From the NCBI GenBank assembly GCA_963719515.1, contig CAVRCJ010000003.1, positions 296,144 through 360,143 on the forward strand: a stretch of DNA of 64,000 nt, read 5' to 3'. This DNA is from an uncultured cyanobacterium. Its GTDB lineage: Bacteria > Cyanobacteriota > Cyanobacteriia > CAKZMO01. The notes below the pieces were generated by a model that did no database searches, was not told the origin of the DNA, and saw only the letters and a list, made by a program, of their open reading frames with translations. The position numbers and the translations under genes were made by a program. Below, piece by piece: positions 59,385-64,000 of the stretch. How positions within the stretch are numbered: position 1 is the stretch's first letter; the number at the start of each line of letters is the position of its first letter.

Positions 59385-61118
59385 ATGAACGGCTCTAACA
59401 TCATTAAATTCTTGGTCGGTCTGTGTTTGGGCTGCGTCCTCCTACTGCTGCCCCTCAGCCAGTTCCAGCCCGACGGCCTTGAAAGCCTGCGCACCCTGGC
59501 CGTGCAGCTTGACGGGCGCAAAAAGCCCCTCGACACCGTTGCCAAAGAAACGATCGCTAAGATACATGGCTCGACGACCTATCGTCACGCGGACGGTGAA
59601 GCGATCGCCAAAGAGGGCTACCTCACCGCCTACCTCGGCATGTGGTTCAACACCCGCAACTGGAACGAAGAGCCCGTGGTGCTGGTCAGCTATCGACCCC
59701 TCAAAGAGGTGGCTGGCCTAGATTTAGAGCGTAAGCACTTCACCTTCCAGGAGCTGATGACCAACCGGGAGCTAGGAGCGATCGTCGGGCAGGCTCACCA
59801 AAAGGAAGCCGAAGAGATAGACCTCAGCCGCGATGAGCGGGAGGCACTCTCCATCGAAGGTCGCCTGAACCTGCTGTACCAGGCCGTGGGAGATAAAAGC
59901 CTGCCCATTGTCCCGCATCCCAGCGAAATTAAGGGCAAATGGGCCGGTCTCAGCAGCTCGCCGCAGCTCTACGCACCAGAGGCGATCGCCCCGGTGATGG
60001 CCCAGTTTGCCGTGATGCAGCGGACCTTACTGAGCGGTGGCCTCACCCACCTGCCCATGGTGGGGCCGCTGGCGGATAACCTCAAGGAAAGCCTGCAGCA
60101 GCTCAGCCCTGCGATTTATCCCACCGACGTGACGCTGGCGCGAGAGGTGCATTTCAACCACTTTCACCCCTTTGCCAAGACCTGGTGGCTATACGGCCTG
60201 GCATTCATCGCCATGCTCGCCGCCCTATGGATAAAGCCCTGGAATCTCTACTGGAGCGCCATCGGCCTGTTCACGGCGGGCATTGCGGTACAGAGCTACG
60301 GCTTCTTTCTGCGCATGCAGATTGCCGGTCGGCCCCCGGTCACCAACATGTATGAATCTGTAGTGTGGGTGGGCTTTGGCATCGCGGCGATCGCCCTGGC
60401 GTTTGAGCTCACCTCCCGCAGTCGCTACTACCTGCTGGCGGCGGCTCCCCTGGCCATGGTCTGCCTCATCTTGGCCGACAGCCTGCCCGCCGTCCTCGAT
60501 CCCAGCATCTCGCCCCTGGTGCCGGTGCTGCGGGACAATTTTTGGCTCAGCATCCACGTGCCCACCATCGCCCTCAGCTACGCCAGCTTTGCCCTAGCCC
60601 TGGGGTTGGGACATGTCGCCCTGGGCAACTATCTATTTGCCCCGCAAGAGAAAAAGCGCATCAAAACCCTGTCTCAGCTCAACTACCGGGTGCTGCAGGT
60701 GGGGGTGCTGCTGCTGACGGCGGGCATTATCCTAGGCGGCATCTGGGCTCACTTCTCCTGGGGCCGCTTCTGGGGCTGGGATCCGAAGGAGACCTGGGCA
60801 CTGATTGCCCTGCTCTGCTACCTGGCTCCGCTCCACAGCCGGCTGACGGGCTGGATGGGGGACTTTGGCATCAACGTGGCTAGCGTGGTGTCGTTTAACG
60901 CGGTGCTGATGGCTTGGTACGGGGTGAATTTTGTCCTGGGTACGGGATTGCACAGCTACGGCTTTGGCACCGGAGGGTCGGCGCTGGTGATTGCCGGGGT
61001 GGTGGGTCTGGACCTGCTGTTTGTGGCGATCGCGGCGGTGCGGCATTACGGCTGGTTCAAGGGTCTGGGTGAATCCACGTCTGCGGTGCCTCCCGATGGC
61101 ATCATTGTGGGAGATTAG
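59385..61118 (+). CDS. ccsA: Cytochrome c-type biogenesis protein CcsA/ResC with long N-terminal soluble extension
   Basis: C-terminal polytopic domain with the Trp-rich WWD motif (WGRFWGWDPKETWAL) and conserved His residues; start chosen at ATG 59385 (MNGSNIIKFLVGL...). Confidence 0.8.
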   Translation: MNGSNIIKFLVGLCLGCVLLLLPLSQFQPDGLESLRTLAVQLDGRKKPLDTVAKETIAKIHGSTTYRHADGEAIAKEGYLTAYLGMWFNTRNWNEEPVVLVSYRPLKEVAGLDLERKHFTFQELMTNRELGAIVGQAHQKEAEEIDLSRDEREALSIEGRLNLLYQAVGDKSLPIVPHPSEIKGKWAGLSSSPQLYAPEAIAPVMAQFAVMQRTLLSGGLTHLPMVGPLADNLKESLQQLSPAIYPTDVTLAREVHFNHFHPFAKTWWLYGLAFIAMLAALWIKPWNLYWSAIGLFTAGIAVQSYGFFLRMQIAGRPPVTNMYESVVWVGFGIAAIALAFELTSRSRYYLLAAAPLAMVCLILADSLPAVLDPSISPLVPVLRDNFWLSIHVPTIALSYASFALALGLGHVALGNYLFAPQEKKRIKTLSQLNYRVLQVGVLLLTAGIILGGIWAHFSWGRFWGWDPKETWALIALLCYLAPLHSRLTGWMGDFGINVASVVSFNAVLMAWYGVNFVLGTGLHSYGFGTGGSALVIAGVVGLDLLFVAIAAVRHYGWFKGLGESTSAVPPDGIIVGD

Positions 61119-61129
61119 GCTGTATCGGC

Positions 61130-61243
61130 ATACTGTAGGTTGGGTTGAATTTATGAAACCCAACGTCACCATTGATATTGTTGGGTTACGCTAGCGCTTT
61201 TTAGCGAAGCCATGCCCGAAGGGCTATACCCAACCTACGATTT
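61130..61243 (+). repeat. Nested inverted repeats built on GTTGGGTT/AACCCAAC, ending in a T-run
   Basis: Outer arms CGTAGGTTGGGT (61133) and ACCCAACCTACG (61227), inner arms AACCCAAC (61157) and GTTGGGTT (61181), plus GCTAGCGCTTTTTAGCG; followed by ATTTTTGA; lies between ccsA and the Rieske gene. Confidence 0.45.
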
Positions 61244-61732
61244 TTGAGGAATGAACCTATGAAACGACGCGAATTTATGAACTGGGTGGGCTTTGGGGCC
61301 CTGGCCGCCTCCCTCCCCGTGGCGATCGCCGCCTGTCAGCCTGATACCGCCTCGACCGACAGTGCCCCAACCGACAGCGCCCCTGCTGAAGATGAGACTG
61401 CATCCGCAGAACTGGACAGCACCCCTGACGCTGAGGGCTTCTCCGCCATCGGCACGGTTGCCGAGCTAGACGAGGGCAGCATTTCCAGCAAGAACTTCCA
61501 GGGCGAGCAGGTCGCCGTCGTTCGCGCAGCCGAAGGCGTTGTGGCGGTCAATACCCTCTGCACCCACCAAGGCTGTACCGTCAAATGGGACGGTGAAGCG
61601 TTTGCCTGCCCCTGCCACGGCTCCAACTTCTTCCCTGACGGCAGCGTTGCCACCGGCCCAGCATCAGAGCCGCTGCCGACCTATGAGGCTAAGATTGACG
61701 GCGATCGCGTCTTGGTCAAGGTGGCGGCGTAG
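61244..61732 (+). CDS. Tat-exported Rieske [2Fe-2S] protein
   Basis: Twin-arginine signal MKRREFMNWVGFGALAA; Rieske boxes CTHQGC and CPCHGS. Confidence 0.85.
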   Translation: MRNEPMKRREFMNWVGFGALAASLPVAIAACQPDTASTDSAPTDSAPAEDETASAELDSTPDAEGFSAIGTVAELDEGSISSKNFQGEQVAVVRAAEGVVAVNTLCTHQGCTVKWDGEAFACPCHGSNFFPDGSVATGPASEPLPTYEAKIDGDRVLVKVAA

Positions 61733-61753
61733 TCCAAGACTACCCTCAGCTTG

Positions 61754-63484
61754 TTAAATTCCGTGGCTTTTGCCGATCACCCAGTGACGGCGAAAGAATC
61801 GCGACAGCTGCGACTCGGCCAGAGGCAGGTAGATTGGGCGACCGTGGGGGCAGGTCTGGGGCTGGCGGGTCTGCTGCCACTGGGTCACCAGCGACTGCAT
61901 CTCCGGCAGCGCTAGCGGCGTCCCGTTGCGGATGGCGGTGCGGCAAGCGGTGGCGACAATGGCAGCCTCAGCGTCTTCCTGGCTGAGCTCCCGCAGCGCC
62001 TCGACGCAGTCCTCCCGCCCCATCAGCGCCTCCGGCAGCGTCCGTACGGCCCAGACGTTATCTCCAAAGGGCTCAATGTCAACGTCAATCTGCTGCAGTC
62101 GCTCCACCTGAGCCGCGGTTAGGCCCGTCAAAACCAGCGGCGACGCCACGGGCACCGTGCGCCAGCGATCGCACAGCTGCTCATAGATCACCCGCTCGTG
62201 GGCGATGTGCTGCTCAATCAGCCAAACGCCGCTGGGGTGCTCCGCCAGGATGTAGGTGTTGTGGACCTGGGCCAGCACCGTCAGCGACAGCAGCGGCAGC
62301 GCTGGGCTAGCTTGGTCTTCAACAGCCCCGTTGATTTTAGCCTTGTCGTCAGCGTCACCCCCATCGGCGATCGCTCCATTCATCCGTGCGCCATAGGTTC
62401 CCCCCGTCTCCGCCACCGTTAGCAGCGACGACGTCCGGGGGACGGGGCTATCGGACGCCGCGACGAGGCCCTGACGCAGAGCTGTGGCGATCGCCCCCTT
62501 AATCTGCTCTCGCCACAGGTCCATATTCTGCAGGTGAATTTCACTTTTGGCCGGGTGACGGTTCCAGTCAATCTGGGTTGGCGAAACCCTTAAATGCACG
62601 GCGCAAATAGGGTAGCGCCCTCGGGGGAGGCTGCGGTGAAAGACCCCTAAAATCGACTGCGTCAGCGCCGGACATTGAACCACGCGACCGTTGATCGCCA
62701 CCGTGACCCAGTCGGGTCGGTGACGGTGGCGGCGATCGGGCAGCGCCAGCACCAGGCGGCAGGGTGGGGCGTCTTCTTCTGCATCGCACAGATCGCTGGG
62801 CCAAACATGCTCCACCAGGTCCGCAGCAGGCAGCCGCAGAATTTGGGCCATTACCTGCCGCATGGTGTCGGGGTAGAGCTTAAACCAGGGGCGATCGCCC
62901 TGGTTGACCTGCCAGGTGAGGTGGGGATGGCACAGCGCTAGGGCATGGATGACCTGCTGCACCTGACGCAGCTGCTGAGACTTGGCGGGCAGGGCCAGCC
63001 GCCGTAGGGCCAGCCGCTGAAACAGATCCTCGACCGTCACCACAGTGCCGGGGGCGATCGCCATAGGCTCTATCGCTGCTGGCTGGCCCTGTCCGTCGTA
63101 CCGGACGCGCCAGCCCTGATCGGCGCCCCGCTGATAGCTACAGATTTCTAGGGAGGAGAGCTGCGCCAGGCTGTGCAGCGCCTCGCCGCGAAAGCCGAGG
63201 CTGCTAATACTGCGCAGATCTACGGCCTGGGAGATTTTGCTGGTGCTGTTGGCGGTCGCCGCCTGACGCAGATCTTCTGGGGAGAACCCAACGCCGTCAT
63301 CCACCACTTGAGCCGCCCAGCGCTCGACGTCCACCGTCACCGTCAGGCGCTGGGCCCTAGCATCAATGGCGTTCTCCGCCAGCTCTCGCACCACAGCGGC
63401 CATGCAGTCGATCACCTCCCCCGCCGCAATCAGATGGACGACGTCTTGGGGAAGGGACCGAATCAGGGATGGGGGCATAGGCAT
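61754..63484 (-). CDS. mutL: DNA mismatch repair protein MutL
   Basis: GHKL ATPase N-terminus (IRSLPQDVVHLIAAGEVI...ELAENAIDA) and C-terminal dimerization domain; start at ATG 63484 (MPMPPSLIR...). Confidence 0.9.
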   Translation of the reverse strand: MPMPPSLIRSLPQDVVHLIAAGEVIDCMAAVVRELAENAIDARAQRLTVTVDVERWAAQVVDDGVGFSPEDLRQAATANSTSKISQAVDLRSISSLGFRGEALHSLAQLSSLEICSYQRGADQGWRVRYDGQGQPAAIEPMAIAPGTVVTVEDLFQRLALRRLALPAKSQQLRQVQQVIHALALCHPHLTWQVNQGDRPWFKLYPDTMRQVMAQILRLPAADLVEHVWPSDLCDAEEDAPPCRLVLALPDRRHRHRPDWVTVAINGRVVQCPALTQSILGVFHRSLPRGRYPICAVHLRVSPTQIDWNRHPAKSEIHLQNMDLWREQIKGAIATALRQGLVAASDSPVPRTSSLLTVAETGGTYGARMNGAIADGGDADDKAKINGAVEDQASPALPLLSLTVLAQVHNTYILAEHPSGVWLIEQHIAHERVIYEQLCDRWRTVPVASPLVLTGLTAAQVERLQQIDVDIEPFGDNVWAVRTLPEALMGREDCVEALRELSQEDAEAAIVATACRTAIRNGTPLALPEMQSLVTQWQQTRQPQTCPHGRPIYLPLAESQLSRFFRRHWVIGKSHGI

Positions 63485-63583
63485 GGGGGGGGATGCACAG
63501 AAGAGGACTGTCGACCGAGGTGATGCCTTCTGTACTATCCTATCGAGGATGCCGCAGCAATCGAGCCCAGGAGGGCGCAGACG

Positions 63584-63973
63584 ATGTCGAGCTATGACGC
63601 GATCTACCAAATCGTGCGACAGATTCCTCAGGGGAAAGTCGCGACCTATGGTCAAGTGGCTAATCTGGCGGGGCTGCCGGGACGAGCGCGCCTTGTGGGC
63701 TATGCTCTTCACCGCGTCGATACCCCAGATTCAGAAATTCCCTGGCACCGCGTGATCAACGCCAAAGGGGAGATCTCTTACTCGGCACTGCGGCGCGGCG
63801 GCGACTACCTGCAGCGATCGCTGCTAGAAGATGAGGGCATTGAATTTACGTCGGCGGGAAAAGTCAGCTTTGCCCGGTGTCTGTGGCATCCCTCGGATCT
63901 TCTAGAGGAAGCTCACCTCGGTAACCCCGTTCTCGATAGCCCCATGCTTGATGGACCTATACCCGATGGCTAA
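63584..63973 (+). CDS. Alkyltransferase-like protein (MGMT DNA-binding domain, ATL type)
   Basis: MGMT-family helix-turn-helix block with PWHRV in place of the catalytic PCHRV (Trp replaces the acceptor Cys), as in ATL proteins. Confidence 0.7.
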   Translation: MSSYDAIYQIVRQIPQGKVATYGQVANLAGLPGRARLVGYALHRVDTPDSEIPWHRVINAKGEISYSALRRGGDYLQRSLLEDEGIEFTSAGKVSFARCLWHPSDLLEEAHLGNPVLDSPMLDGPIPDG

Positions 63974-64000
63974 CCAAGGGCGCGACAAAGACTTGATTGC

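Noticed and set aside
63485-63712. 5' extension of the mutL ORF
   Set aside because: The MutL N-terminal consensus (LIRSLPQDVVHLIAAGEV) starts at the internal MPMPPS; the extension runs into the divergent ATL gene promoter.

Overview
This ~64 kb window is a chromosomal segment from a cyanobacterium. The evidence is the very high density of the HIP1 octamer GCGATCGC, an intact ndhB, a GH100 neutral invertase, a pentapeptide-repeat protein and an RRM-type Rbp with a long 5' UTR, at roughly 58-60% GC. Most of the window is core housekeeping: yebC, rsmB, yqeK-rsfS, topA, ndhB, a PEP-utilizing enzyme, deoxyhypusine synthase, a DegT aminotransferase, a UvrD-like helicase, proA, tricorn protease, acs, mscS, queA and mutL, plus two tRNAs (initiator tRNA-Met, tRNA-Gly-GCC). 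There is no CRISPR array and no recognisable transposase. Three areas look accessory or unusual. (1) At 44.9-46.4 kb a two-gene operon encodes an MdnC-like ATP-grasp ligase immediately downstream of a 174-aa precursor. Its C-terminus carries five tandem T(T/R)xxxGEE cores of the plesiocin-type TTxxxxEE motif, so this is a candidate undescribed graspetide (omega-ester peptide) RiPP cluster. (2) At 50.2-61.7 kb lies a heme-centred island: a ChaN-like lipoprotein, thioredoxin, globin, a DUF3365-like heme-c lipoprotein, a hexaheme cytochrome c, a NapC/NrfH-like membrane tetraheme cytochrome, a tandem di-globin with a C-terminal membrane anchor, ccs1/resB next to ccsA/resC, and a Tat-exported Rieske protein. 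Within it, 55.8-58.1 kb carries at least 7 frameshifts, mostly single-base, while every other long gene in the window is intact. (3) Two paralogous ~128-aa proteins of unknown family sit 7 kb apart and share a C-terminal AIVSHGxPD...GLGYCP signature. Several structured non-coding elements are also reported.
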